Source: Orbicella franksi
Taxonomy: Eukaryota
Reading direction: 5' to 3'
DNA length: 64,000 nucleotides
NCBI GenBank assembly: GCA_964199315.1
Contig: OZ116708.1
Location: 27,280,001-27,344,000, forward strand
The number at the start of each line of letters is the position of its first letter. Within the stretch, counting starts at the first letter, position 1. Position numbers and translations under genes: made by a program. The notes under the pieces were generated by a model, which was given only the letters and a program-made list of their open reading frames with translations, did not search any database and had not been told where the DNA came from. This document shows positions 38,206 to 52,499 of the stretch, one piece after another.

Positions 38206-41200
38206 ATTTTGACATGGGTCTTCACGACTAATAATCTGCGCCAAATTTCAAACAAGAGCGTTAAAGCGCGAAGAAAACTTTTAGTTACAAACTTATTCCA
38301 GCTACACAGTGTACGAGTTTCCTGTGAGAAAACGTTTATTATTCGAAAAGCTTAAGAACTTGGTAAGATTACAATTTTGAGACTTTGGCTCGTGTCTCAA
38401 ACAAGAAAATAAATCGTTTCCGAACCCTACAGAAAGCTGCCACGTTAAAATTTCGAGACTTTGGCTCGTGTATCAAACAAGACAATTGGAATCAGTAAAT
38501 AAATTCTATGAGCCGCAGAACACAGCGAAAATAAACCTGTTTGAAACTAGAACAAATGTCCTCCGTCTTGTTCTTACTTATCCGAAAAAAAGAAAAGTCC
38601 CTAGCGATCTTAAATGTCTATCCTACTTTGCGTCGTTGGGTTATCTTCAATGTTTTGTCCTTATTGTTTCCTCCAGCGTCTGTCTTCAGAGTATTTAGTT
38701 CCCGTTTGCCAACTTCAGTGTCTCTGTGTTTATCCTTTTGCTGTCTTGCTCGTAACGCCAGAAATCCTGCAAGAAAATTTAAAATGTTTACTTCACATGC
38801 CTTGTAATGTTTATGTATTAAACCAAAGCAATTGCTTCATGTTCTCTTGACAAACATTCATCTTCGGCTCCTTCAGATACGCGTTTGAATATTTTCGCAA
38901 TATTTTTCCTTGTAGCATTTTAACTTTCACAAGTAATTTACACAATTTGAAAACAAACTTTGTCTGCTTATTTACATTCGAGTAAGACGCAGTGCAAGCT
39001 TGAAATATTAACTCTTCACACTGATTTCCGAGTGATCAAAAAGTTATTTCCTCTTAAAATATCAACACAATGTCAAGCAAACAAGTATAGGGAATAAAAA
39101 AAAATTAATCAACCAAGGAATACTGTCTTGCTATACCACAATATTCTGGGAACTGACATTGAAGAGACATGAACAGCAAACAGTCGGCAGAAATGAAATT
39201 CTGAACAACGAATTAAATCAATTTTAATTACCTAAAGTTATCGTGTTATGGATGGCTCCATTACAGCTTCACAGTATCGTCATTTGTACCTGAAAAGAAA
39301 AAAAAAGTTATTTGAACGACTTGTCTTCACCTGTTCTTATCGCGACAAAAAACACGGCTAGTTTTTGGACAACACTTCTAGACAACACTTCTCGACGAAA
39401 CACTTTACAGTATACACAGAACGTACCAGTTCTGTTGTTTGCATATTCGGTAAAAATGCACGGAAGAAATAAGCAAAGGAGCGTAACAACTCCAAACTGC
39501 GAACAAATTCCTAGTAAATATTCTCACTTCGTTGTAATATTTCCGCCACAAAGTAAAAATATCTCGATTTGACCGACACATTCCAGGATATTAATACGAT
39601 GGACAACAAAAGAATAACGCTTGATACATGCTTGTTTATTCGACTGTTTCTAACAGATTTTGCACAAGGCTTTTCTCTACAAAATAAAACCAAACGTTTC
39701 GTGTAATAAAAACAGTACTTACGTAAAAATATCGCGGATCCGTTAGTAGGATTGATCATGATAATATAGAATATGGCGTTCCCTGGTAAAAAGTATTTAA
39801 AAAAAACATCCTATATTATCAGTTCTTACCTTGAGGAGAATTCAAATTCCATAAGTTGACAATACACCGTGACATCTTTGTTTGAAGCACGAGCTTCAAG
39901 TCAAGTTCTTGTTGCAGGTATTTGTGTTTCATAACAACTTCAAACGACAGGATCTGAAGCCTGATACTTTCTCGTAGCAATGAGCCAAGTTACCGGTAGA
40001 TCTCTGTAAATTAAAGTTTTAAAGGTGAACAGTTAACATACGGGCGATAAAAAGCAATGCTACATACCGTTATCAGATTTCTAATTTGCAATTTAAAAAT
40101 TTTCAAACATTTGCAGCCACGCACTAGAGTCTTTCTTGTTGCGCGGGATATTTTAAATTTTCCCTCACACTATTTTTGGTTTTTTGACAGGAAAATTGAC
40201 ATTAGAAACGACACAGTTAACTATCTCCAAAAAAAAAAACTTGCAACCTGTAAAAACGGTAACCAAAAAGGAAAACCCCCGGTGGGAGAGGGTGAAGTGT
40301 ATCCTTTCATGGCCACAATAAAAATAAGACAACAAACAAACAAACAAACTATAAATGTTACATTGTGTGTGCCGGGGAAGCCTTGCGTGGAAAAGCCTTA
40401 AAGTGTTTATCGACTGCTAATGACGTCAAATTGGTTGCCATGGCATTGTCAAAAGATGTTAACCCAGCACACCCTTTATCCTTTTGAGATAAATAACCTT
40501 TAAAACTCATCAGTGGACGTTTTTCGTTTAGGAAATATTTTTGTCCCCACGACAAAATATGTTTTTGAAATATTTTGTAGGTGTGGCACAGAGCCACCTA
40601 ACTTTCATGAATTTAAGATTGCTCTGAAAATTTGACAAATTTATCGACAAAACAACAATATTTCACAAAGCAAAACTTTTACCGAGTATTTTCAAGGTTG
40701 TTAGCCCCAAAAGTTCAAAACAAAGGTATGCTGATCCCTTGAAGTCAGCTCACTCATGATGATGGCAGATCATTTCTAACATGGCATTCACTAGTGTTTT
40801 TAAATCCCAGTTCTCTAAAGCCTATAAAATTAATAAAATAGTGCTCTACAACCATCTCAGTTGAAATCCTGGCTTTTAGTCATGAACAAAAAAACTGATT
40901 AGTTTTCACTGTTTATGTGTTTAATTCTGTGATTTTCTTCAATTTCCAAAACAAAATCTGGCCATGCAGACAGTTTGTTGATTTTTGGTAAAATATGTCA
41001 TTTCCAAGTGCCAAGTAATGCTTAACAGCCACTCTGTCAAATTTAAAAGGCAAGTGTGCATGCCAGCAAAGACAAGAGGCAATGGAATTTCACTGAAGGA
41101 ATATTCACAAGAGAATTCACAGTCACTTTTGCTTTTTTTAATCACACTGGCATCAAAAAATATCAAAAAACTGACTTTTTTTTTTAATGTGCTCAGATTA

Positions 41201-42729
41201 CTAAATCTTTCTTTTTAAGTGTCCCTCATAAATAAAATCTATACCATGGTTGACAAATTACTTCTTAATTTTGGCACACAGCTTCAGCCTTAATTTATAA
41301 TGTCACAAGTGAAACTACAAAATTCCCAGGGCAACGTTTGGTGTAAAATTTCTTGATACAACAAACAAGTCAAAAACTGTCCTCCTGTGTTTCGAAGTCT
41401 GCCTTCTTGTTCTTATTTATTCCAGAGGAAAACTAAACACCAGAAAAAAACTCGCTTGTGTAAATGAACCTTTAGTATGTGGAGGGATGAATTTGAAATT
41501 GATGCTAACCTCCACTCAATTTAGTCTAGACTTGCCATAAGTCAACCTTTCCTGATCGTTCGCTTATTCATCTCCCTTGAGCAAAGCGAGAGGGTAATCT
41601 TTGAGCAACGAAGTCGCAAACGTGAGTACGACAGCAAAACCAACAGGGCCAAGGAAAAATATTATTATTGGAGAGGACTTTGAAAAAGTCTCAACCTAGT
41701 CCTGCTATGAACAACCTGGCCCAGGAATACGAAGTTGAATAATTCGCAATGCAAATTAAATATTTCATCTGAACATTTAAGACTTACCTCAGAGTCAGCC
41801 AAAAATCTATATGTACACAGGGAAGTTTGAAATGCTCTCCATTTTGCACTTGTTTCTGGCATGTACATGTATGTAACCTTGGTTGGCTTAGATATGGTGT
41901 ACATCAAAATTGTAGGCCCACATTTGCTTGGCATAGAATATGCTGTGTTGGCTTCAGCTGGGTGTAGGCAGGTTCTGTAATTGATAACAATAATACAAGT
42001 AGATAAATAAACGAGGCAGATGAAATGAGTCATTATGAGGCTACATGGAATTTAAGCTCAATTAGACCCAAGCCAAAGTTAATCAGTGGCTTGCTGTGGT
42101 AGTCATGGACACCAGAGTAACTGCGGTTTTTAGGGGCATCAAATGTTTTGTGTCCTAGCTGTCTGCAGATGTGCAGTTTGCTATCAGATTCATGATTGCA
42201 ACAGACACCACTTTTCAAAATTCTCTCACTTTTCCCTGACAAAAATCAAATTTCCCTGACCAAATAAATACAGAATGTCAGATCTAGTCGCGGTTTCTGG
42301 CCTCAACTTACAGTAATCCTTTTCACTGTTCATTAAAAGACTAATAAGGAAAATATCATTGAGATCACAGTAACCCCAAATGTTTCTTCCAGCCTTCAAT
42401 GGTATCAAAACAGCCTAGTTAAATTATGTCAATTTTCACTGACTCTAAATAAAATTCCCTGACCTTGAGAAAATTTTTTCCCTGACCATTTCCTGACCTA
42501 TGGCAACCCAGATTTTACTTTCTGCTTATAATAAGTTTACATGTGTTCTTTTTCCCTCCCACTTCTCTTTCCCTTTTCTTAAATGCAGTCACACTGCTGA
42601 CCAACAGAAAAATGCCAGAATATCTTAAACAACCAAAGTATTCTGGCATTTATGAGTTGGTAAGCAGTATCCAGTGTTAGTGCACTCTAAGAGCACACCA
42701 TTGGAGTAGTTTGTAGGGTGTCTTCAGTG

Positions 42730-43088
42730 CAGGGCAGCAAAAAAACCCAGGCCCGACTGCCTGGGGCAAGTAAATTTTCCCCTTGGGCAAGTGAAATTAG
42801 CCTCAGTAGTATTGTTAAAGATGAGCAAAACAATGAGTTGAAAGCATGGATTAATTTAAAATACATCCATTTGTGTCACTGTCCAGTATCTTTCACCTAG
42901 TTTAGTACCAGTAAGCTCATTTTGTTACCAACAGTCTTTCACGGATTTTAGACAGTACCCAGTAAATGATGTACATAATTGATAAGGCATGAACATTGTG
43001 CACCTATTAGGCAAGTAATATTTTAGTGGGGGCAACTACAAACTGAAATGAACTGGGCAACTGGATTTCAGAATTTTTTCCTGCCCTG
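42730..43088. mobile_element. hAT-like MITE with 5-bp target duplication
   Basis: CAGGGCAG...CTGCCCTG flanked by CAGTG on both sides; internal GGGCAAGT motifs shared with 2376-2577. Confidence 0.8.
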
Positions 43089-43369
43089 CAGTGTAGTGTC
43101 ACATAGCAGATTTTTTGTGGAACTTTGGAGCACCTTTCTGCCCCTCCCTTCACCATCCCCTTTAACCACTATAATTAACACAGTGAGATAGCTGTCTAGA
43201 TGACTCTGTGTAGGAGCTCATGTCTGGGTTGCAGGGATTGCTAGCCATGGAAGGGGTTCACTGTCTAGGAAGAAGTAATCGGATTGCATTGATAACTTAT
43301 GTAAGCGCGCCTACCAATGAGGAAATTTCACCAAGGCTGACTTCAAAATATCAACCTTAGTTAAAGAGA

Positions 43370-43655
43370 AAGATCACCTTTTGTTCAGCAAGATCACCAC
43401 CACAAAAGGACACCCACTTCAAGATTTGTTGCCACAAAACAGTCACGAATACTAAGAAAAAAGGGGGCATAAATTCCAACTCTCCCAGATAAGAACTTTG
43501 ACATACAAAAATTGATTTATGAACAGATGTCTTTTAAAACTTGTGTAGACTTTAAATTGTATTCAACTTGCTTTCATTCAAGATTTGATTGTCAAGACTC
43601 ACGTCTGCTGAGTCTAGCATTTTTCAAAAAGAAATAAAGACCTTATTCATTCATT
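43370..43655 (+). mobile_element. L2/Crack-type LINE 3' fragment
   Basis: DHLLFSKI...GHPLQDLLP...GHKFQLSQIRT..YKN.FMNRCL followed by AATAAA and a (CATT)n tail. Confidence 0.65.
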
Positions 43656-44049
43656 GGGGCCAGCTAGTCACAGTGGTGGCCCCTGGACATACCACGCACC
43701 CATAGTCCATGCAGCTTGATACAGTTGTCAAAGTAAGTAATTCAATTTGGTAAGTATTTGGGTTCCCTTGGTGAGTGTACATTGATTTCGTCTGTGTGAT
43801 GGGCTCATGGATGTCACTCTCAGGGTTGTCATGGATACCTTCCCACTTACTTGAATCACATCTGTCCCCACCTTAACTACAGGCTCCTTCCCCAGACTTG
43901 TCTATTAAAAATGAGTTGTACTTTCTTTTAAGAAAGTAAGAATAAAAATAATGATAAAAAACCTGTAACCTTGTGTCCCATATTTAAATGACTACTTAAA
44001 ATTTAGAGTGTAATAGCTAAAACAAGAACTACTAAATCAGTCTTACAGT

Positions 44050-44235
44050 ATTGACAATGGACTCCAGAGGGAGAGGGAAGGAGTGGCCACCAGAAGATCA
44101 TGTGGCAGAAGACCAATGAGAAGGAAATGAAGCAAATGGGAAAGATCTGGAGGAACAACCAAGTGATGGCAAAGGACTGGCAGATGTGGAAGAATTACCT
44201 TGCTGCCCTACATGCCACCAAGGCGTCAAGGGTAT
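44050..44235 (+). mobile_element. RTE-clade LINE 3' fragment
   Basis: WTPEGEGRSGHQKIMWQKTNEKEMKQMGKIW...MAKDWQMWKNYLAALHAT matches the RTE C-terminal pattern WTPEGxRxRGRPKxTW...AxDRxxW. Confidence 0.7.
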
Positions 44236-45599
44236 GGTGTGTTGAGTATTGCAAAAATTACTGTAACACCTACACCTTCCATGCTCTTGTTCTTAATTCT
44301 TTCCTTTCCAATTGCTGACGGCCTTCTTGCACTCCTGTTTGCTGGAGAATCAGGCTGCAACCTTCTGATAAATGCTTTCTCTGTCATAATAATAAAAATA
44401 ATCAAAGAATAACTTACTGTCATACATGACATACAGAGAGCAGGGAAATAGAACAAACCACTTAATAATTAACACCAGCTTATTAAACAGTGTGCAAAAA
44501 CAGGCTTCAAATTTGAATGGCATTATACATTATTATTTAATTATGCTAATGGTAGAATAGAAAGAGGAGTTGCTTATACTAATGCGGGAATAAAGGAATC
44601 CCACTTTTTGTAATGTTGTACAAGTTTACTATTTTTTTTGGCAATCAAAATTTCTATGCTAAGAGTGGCTTTCAATTTAGCCTCAAAAACTTCTAAAGAT
44701 GTTTTTGTATCATCATGCTCACAAGTAGGGCTAAGGATGCACAGAAAGCTGTGCAGTACCATAAACACTGGTGAATAAGCCACACCCCCAGTTTGGTGAC
44801 TCAAATTTCAAAAAAAAGTTTTCGGAAAGAAATCAAAATAATTCACAAGTGGAGTCTTGAGAAAGATTCTTTTCATGTACATTTCTTGATTTCTTGAAAA
44901 CTCACTAGCACTGAAAACAGGGAATACTTCAAACTGAAACCCTTACCTATAATTTTAGTTCTCCAATAGTATAGACATGATGTCTACCGACTTTGACATA
45001 TGTTTCATGTTTCTCTGGTATTTTTCAACCAGTATTTTTTTTTTTTTTCATTCCCGTAAGTTTTTCAATTGAATTTTACATACAACAGCGTTTTCAACTG
45101 TTCATTTGTAACTTAATAGCCAAGCATTCACATGGAGATGGAGACCTGGACACAAGTAGCTTTCGATCACAGTTCATTGCGACAATGAAAAGAACAGCCT
45201 TGTGCCGGAATGGAGATTCTCTGCTGCGAGACGATTAGCAGCTCTAATATGGCAACCTTAAACAGGCTAAAAGATATTTTAATGAAGGTTTAACAGTGTT
45301 TAACAGGAAGAAATGTAGGCTTATGCTTATGAACAAGAACAGCTCTTTTAGGAGCTACCAAACTTGCAAAAGCAATGATCATGTGTACTCTGATATTAAC
45401 AGTTTTATGAAGTCTTATTACTTTGCTCTTAATACAAACTTGAAAATTTTCAATGAAAAGTGTTAATTTATGCAACTTTATGGCACGTTGTCCAAAATGT
45501 TCTTGCAGATAAGCTGCATCCTCGAATTTTTAGGAAGATTTTGAGTGAAAAGGTGCAGCTTACCTGCCGGTGTTTACGGTACATTTTTCCGCTCTGAAT

Positions 45600-47700
45600 C
45601 TACAATCTACAATCTAGAATCTTGAGTTTAAAAAGTTTATTATTTGTAAAGACAGACAAGTTCTGAACCCCCAAGCAGAAGAATTCTGTTTTTTCTTCAT
45701 TCAATTTTAAACCTGAGAATTTTGAGAAACATTCCAGACTGGGACTCAAATGCTGGTAGGAAGACTTGTTTCTTAAAAAGCATGCCATGTCATCAACAAA
45801 AGTAGAAAATTTCACTCTTTGTTCTTAATTTTGATACCTTGAATTTTATTATTTTGTCGAATACTACATGCCATAACTTCTAGACTAAGTATAAACAAAA
45901 GGCATAAGGTTTCCCCTTGTCACACCACCCGGTCAACACTTGAGAAGAACATTCGAATCCACTGAATAAAGGATGGTCCAAAATTAAAAGTGTGAAGGGC
46001 TTTAAGAAGAAATTAATGATGCAGGGAATCAAATGCTTTTTCAAAATCAATTTTTGCCATGATACCAGACTGCCCACTTTATTTTGTGTATTCTAATACA
46101 TCATCAGTAGTCCCGAAGGGATCAAAGATTGATCTACCTTTCACATACTCATTTTGGTTATAGTGAATCAAGTCAGGTAGAATATACTCTAGTCTGACGC
46201 CTTGGAAGCTATTTTGGTGTCCACATTAAAAACAGAGATTGGCCTGCAGTTTAAGACAAAACAACCTTTTGTCTTTCCTTTTTTTTCTAATTAAGTGATT
46301 TATAACTGCTTGTTTCTGTGAGTTAGATAATTCTCCATAATTATGTGCATAATTGAAACAAACCACTAAATGTTTTTCAAGAATAGGCCAAAAGGCTAAG
46401 TAAAACTCCACTGTAAGGTCATCATTGCCAGGAGTTTTATTTTTTTGAAAACTTTTCAAAGTATTAAAACATTCACCGATAGTAAAATTTTCCTCACATT
46501 TCCCTTTCTGCATTTCAGAAAGTTTAGGCACAGACATGTTCTTGAGAAAGGAGTCTGGCATGGTTTCGCTTTCTCTGATGAATTTGCCTGGTAAAGATTT
46601 GAGTACAAACCTTTGAGTTCATCAATGATTATTTTTGGATTCGTTGCCAGAGATTGATTTTCTCTAATAATGTTCTGGATTCTCTCCAAGTTCTCTCCAA
46701 GTTCTCTCCAAGTTCTCTCCAAGTTTAAAAAAGTACTTGTTACTTTTCTCCCGTTGTTCATACCACCTGGCCCTTAAACATACACTGTACTATTGCCCCT
46801 TGCACAATATATTCATACTGAAGGTCATGCTCGGTCTTCAGAAACTCAATTTTGTAAACATTTTCTAAAGTTAATATGATTGTAGTCTTTATCATCTAAT
46901 AAACTTCCATTGAACTTCCAGAAAGAGGGTCCACATACTTGTTCCCCTATTCTGTTAATCGACAACAGGATTGCTGAATAATCTGTCTTAATGGAAGGAA
47001 TAATATTTGCCTGATCAATCTCCTCTTGCAGATCATTGTCAACTAACCAAAAATCAAGCCTTCTTTGGATTATCGGTGTTTTCTGTCTCCAAGTGAATCA
47101 TTCTATTTCTGGATTCCTAGCTCTCCAAATGTCAACTAAATCATGCAATAAGCAAATGTTTTCAATCTGCTTAGCCAATTCCTTCGATTTTGGCTTGCCA
47201 ACAAAACCATCAAGGTCAGGGTCTAAAATAACATTAACAACTCCAAAAATTATGATCCTACAGTCATCATCTACTGGTATATCACTTTAGCCCAATGCAT
47301 CTTTAATTTGATCAAAAAGGAGTGTTTGCTCACTTGTTTTGTTTTGAGCATAAATGTTCACAAATAAGAACAAAATGCCCCAAGAAAAATAAAATGCCCT
47401 TCTTTGTCAGGCCACACAGATGTAAGTTCAAATTCCAAGCTATCCTTAATTAAGATGAGTACACCTCTTCTATTTTCTGAGAAATGCAAGAAAAACATCT
47501 CACCCTTCCACTGCTTTTTCCAAACATTTTTCACGGCAATTGGCTGCCAAGAATAGTATGCCAAAGGAAAGAAATGCTGCTGTGTCAGCAAGTGTCAACA
47601 TTTATGTGCAAAGGCAATGGAGGCTTCCGCAAGATTTGCTCTTTATTCATTTCTGAAAGTTTTGAGGGAGCATAAAGCCAACAATTTAAGGACACTTTCA
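45600..47700 (-). mobile_element. Degenerate L1/Tx1-clade LINE ORF2 (APE endonuclease + RT)
   Basis: Fragments RGVLILIK, FVNIYAQN, LVDIWRARNP, RRLDFWLV, GPSFWKFN, KSFQKNKTPGNDDLTVEFYLAFW, IDFEKAFDSL, with many stops, frameshifts and deletions. Confidence 0.88.
46680..46724. repeat. 11-bp tandem (TTCTCTCCAAG) x4 inside the L1 remnant
   Basis: Direct reading of the sequence. Confidence 0.9.
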
Positions 47701-47974
47701 GATGGGATGGCATCGAGAGGTGCAAACAGATTGCATAGTTTATTTTGTTCTTAACATAGACTTAAGAAGTATTGCCAACTGGCTTTGGAAATTTCAACTT
47801 CTTAAATAATAAAATTGTGGTTGTTTCACGCGAAGTCCATTTCACTCAGAACCATTTCAGCAAGTTTGAACTCAGGCCAATTTTAAGGTGTACCAATCTT
47901 TCATGCTCATAATCTCTGAACATCACCTCAACCATGTTGCTCAGTTTCGCAGCTTGACGATAGGCCACACACAT

Positions 47975-48125
47975 ATGCTTACTGTAATAGTAAATATGGC
48001 CATTAATAGTTTGTTACGCAGGCAATTAGGCAGCCCATATAACAAACTATTCCAATAATCAAAGCAGCTTATCAGCATGTGAACAAGAGTTTACCTTGCT
48101 TTAGACAATACCAGGTATTTACATG
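47975..48125 (-). mobile_element. L2/CR1 RT C-terminal fragment
   Basis: TLVHMLISCFDYWNSLLYGLPNCLRNKL resembles the consensus TLVHAxxxSRLDYCNSLLYGLP. Confidence 0.7.
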
Positions 48126-51100
48126 ATTATATGTCACGCACATGTATGTGAGAATACAAAGCTACACACCTCTTTACTGTCCACCTGGTGCCTTCTTCCA
48201 TTTTTCCCTCTCATTTTCCTCATTCCTTGTTTAGATAGCCAAGCAGAGGGAATCACACTCTGAGCATGTGCCAGATCATGGAAGGCCACATCCAAGATTG
48301 AATTCCATGTTGAAGATTCTCTAGTACATCTTCAATGAGACCACTGGTGTTAGTGTAGAGAAAATGGTGCAGCACCGTTCACTTTTGAACCCATCCTGTA
48401 AGGAAAGGTACCAGAGTTCAGAATTTCATGTCAAGACAACCATTCCCTAGCACCATGACCACACTTTGAACGTGGTCAACCATGTTTTTTAACTTCCCAC
48501 ATTGATTTTTTTGTTCATTTTTGGACCATGTGGCGATAATGGTAAATAAAATCTGTTTCTGGAAAGAAAAGTAGGGGTCACTGAACATCCAAGATCGTTA
48601 AATCCAGGCAAAGCCATGGCAATGGCCATCTGCCCTATCATTGTTCATTTTTTTACTTAGCACGCACTCTCATACATGATGTAGCATGTGAATTTGCGTG
48701 TGCGGTAAGGATGCGCAGAAACAATTAGCGCGAACGTCCTTAAGCAATTTTTAGTAGACTGTTCACAGCCTCTATTTTCTCGTATTTTTATTCCATTGTT
48801 GAACGCATGGATAGAGTCGGGAGTTAACTGGACGCCAGCACAAATTTAAGACTTGACTTGACTTATTGCTCACTTTGCTCACATACCCCACCCCCCCCCC
48901 CCTTGCCCTACGTGCTTCGTGCTCGCTTTGCTGCTTTTTTTTTTTTGCGTGCATAAATAGAGAGGCTGCAAACAAGCTAATTTTGAGAAAGAAGCCCAAT
49001 TTCCTATAAACATACAGAACAACTTTCTTGCGGTAGCCAAGTGATTCTAAATAATGTTTTGGTTTTGTAGCGGACAAATTCTCTTAGCTTCAGCACTACA
49101 TATGAAATCTCAATCTCAACACACAGCCATGGTTGATCAAAAACCAGATACCTGGAAGTGAAAAATTTTAAACCATGAGCTAGTACTTGACTATTTTGAA
49201 TGTTTTATTTTTTTAAATTCGTATCATAAACATACTTTAAAAACTGGCCATCAAATATTGAATAAGCTGCTTTTTAACATAGCTTAGCCAACAGTTCTAA
49301 GAACTGCAAATCTACACGGTCACTCAATACCTATCAACAATGTCACACAACCTGTGGCAAATTTTCGTCATGTTATGTGCTTCCATGCCGAGGCCAAGTG
49401 AACAATTCAATGTAGAAGCCTGATAAGTTTGAAATCCCATGGTATTTCTACGTAGAGGTCAAGCATTCTCAGCAGGTTCAAATGGAAATTATGGAGGAAA
49501 AATGGAAATAATTTCTGACTGCCAGGTAATAGTGTTTTGAAAAAACAGGCCGGTGAGTCACACAAAGCTGAGACAATTTGTAACTTGCAAACCCAAAAAC
49601 ATTGTATAAAATCACTTGATGTTTCTGAACAATGATAAAAAATATACTCAAATACTCTCGGGAGGTTTCAATTGATACTAACAATGATTTTTTTCTGGAA
49701 TTGATTATCTACGAATTCTTGACTACAGGGTATCTAGTTTTTGGAACAACCATGCTCGTGACCAGGAGTCAAGATTTTTATAGTATGTCGAGGCTTAGAC
49801 AATTCATCCACTGCAAAACCAAAACATTATTTAGAGTCGCTTGGCATTTCTCAACAAATATTGAGTACTCTCAGAGCCGGTTTCAACTGTGATTTTTGAA
49901 GATATTATTCTACAAGAGTTGACTCCAGAGTCAGAGCACGAAAATTTTCTGTGTCAAAACCTCAAGATTTTATGGTACGCCCAAGCTCGTAAAAAGCTAA
50001 AACAATAGTTGGAATTGCTTGAAATTGCTAAACAAAGATCTACTGTACAGCTGTAAGAAGAATTAAATGAGTTATTCTGTGAGATTTCTACATTAATTTC
50101 AGACTGCTGGGTAGGCTAGTTTTCTGGAAACACTTCCCGGCTGCTGGGTATCTAGACACAAATGTTATTATTTGTTTTGTTTGAAGTTTTCAGAACTCTA
50201 CTCACAAAGTGCACTCGTTGGTTCGATTTGAGCTCCTTTGACTCCTTTGACAATAATAATTATTGACAATGAAAAAGCGCTTTGGCTCGAATAAACAACA
50301 CACACTCAAGTCCATTCCAGAAAACAACTCAGGTCTTGATGAGCCTATCAATTATGTGATTCAAACATAAGAAATCCAAGTTTTGTACACCTTAAATAAA
50401 CAAAATTTCAGGCAAATAAACCGAAATAAACGATTAATCCCGCGCCAGAAAGACTAAACACTGAAAAACAACCTGGAATAATCTTGTTCAACGCTTTGAA
50501 GCCTTGTGACATCCCAAAGGAAAAAAAGTGTTCTGATTGGCTCATCCCAAATATCAACAACATCCACCTACATCCTAATATGGCCAAAAAAATCTCACAG
50601 CACCAGAAAGGTTCACTTACGCAAAATTGAGCTGAGAAAATCTGATTTTTTCTGGGTAACCTGCTGCATAAACCTTCACACTACGTATGACGTTATATAG
50701 CCTCCGCCTTGTCAGACTTGTGTTTCCTCTCGTCTGACTCATGGCAATGTAGTTGACCACCCTAACTAGAAGTATATTCTTCTATTCTCCCTTCAGCTGA
50801 TTTTGAAGAACTATGTGAGATCTGTTGTGATGGTGAACATGCAGTGTTTGAATGAGGTGATAAACTATACATCCTTTGAGGTCTCAGTAATCTTCCATAA
50901 CACAGGGGGAGAGGGGCACTTATTCGAAGGGAGGCGCTTATTTTAAATTTTGGCCGACAGAAGAGGCGCTTATTCAAAGGGGGCGCTTATTTGAGGGGAA
51001 GCACTAATTTGTGGATTTGCAGTATCTGTCAGGAGTCAGCTGTACTGATTGGTTAAATTCAACAACTGCCTATTGTGCCTATACAGGAACGTAGATCTAG

Positions 51101-52499
51101 ATGAGCAGAGGTGTTTACAAAATAATGTAGTCCCTCATTGTAGTTTACAATTAAACTCTTTGTCAATGTTGTACTTACTTTTTCCATCAGTCTCATTATC
51201 TGATAAGACAAGTTCTTTGTCTTGTACTTTTTCCCTGGCACTTTCATCTGCTAGTAGAAAAACAATCAGTGAGTTATGTGATTCTTTTTTTTTTTTCACT
51301 AAAAACTGAATCACAATCTTAATTTGTGATTGACTTTTATTTAGTATTTTACAGTGTCTTTAGTCTGTGGAGGCCAGCATTAAGATGCAACAGTCTGTAA
51401 TTGGGGTCACCCAGGCAATAATGTTAACAAATTGAAGGACAGAATGAGAACAATATACAGTGTACATTCATAAGCTTCACGAGTGAACAAGGTGCAGTAA
51501 TATACATAGAAGCTGCACTGATAAAATACATATAAAATACCACTGAGCTAACAAAGATTACTGATATTCTTAAGTTTAAGTTTATGGCAGCCATAAACTG
51601 ATGTTAATGAGACCTGAGAGACAATATCTCAAAGTCAGGCACACACACTCTGCATTGTAACACTTTATTTCAGAGACATGTAATACTATGAACCTCGTGT
51701 CATGCTCATAAGTAAATCCCAGTAACATAGGTAACATGCCACCAATTCCTGATCTCAAAGTCCATCAGGGATTCCCAGTTGAAAACAATCACCCCCTTTG
51801 GATATCACAACAAACCTTTCATTTCCTAAGTAAAGCCACTGTTATCTACATCTGTAAAAGACAGTGTATCAATGGTTCCAGTCATGTCTCTCACATGTCC
51901 ACCTCATGCCCCTGACCTCTAGTCAAGCACACGCTCCTCGTTGTATTCAGTCTTCTCGTTTGTGCTGATCCTTCGCCACTGATTTTTCTTTTACCCTCCC
52001 ACCCTCCCATGACTGGGACCCTTGCTCTACACATCTGAACCCCTGATACTATGCTTTAGGACCATCTTCAAGCGAATAAACAAATCATTTAGATCTATAG
52101 AAATGTTCACCATGAATAAGGCTAATAATCTGTCTTTCTCCAAAAAAAAAAAAAAAAAAAATGGGGGCAAGCTCCAACACTACAATTCAGAATGTCATGT
52201 ATAGATACTGAACATTACTATTCCGCTACTTTTAGAAAAATATTTATCCATATATACTTATGATATCAGTTGCTTAGTATAAAATAATAATAATAATAAG
52301 TATACCATTAATGGCTATAGGCTAGGGTTATCTGTCTCCTAGCAAGCCTTAGACCTTATCATTGAGGGTGCAATGAACAGCGACTCTATTTTGTTGTTTA
52401 CTATTAAAGGACGGTGGCAGGGAAGTGCACCCATTAGCTGCACTTTACCCCACAGCAAGGCTCTAGCCCACTGGAGACAGGTCCGGAGAAATTACCTAT

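Noticed and set aside
40400-41250. Possible TTAA-type DNA transposon starting TTAAAGTGTTTATCGACTG
   Set aside because: No matching right end or target duplication could be located.
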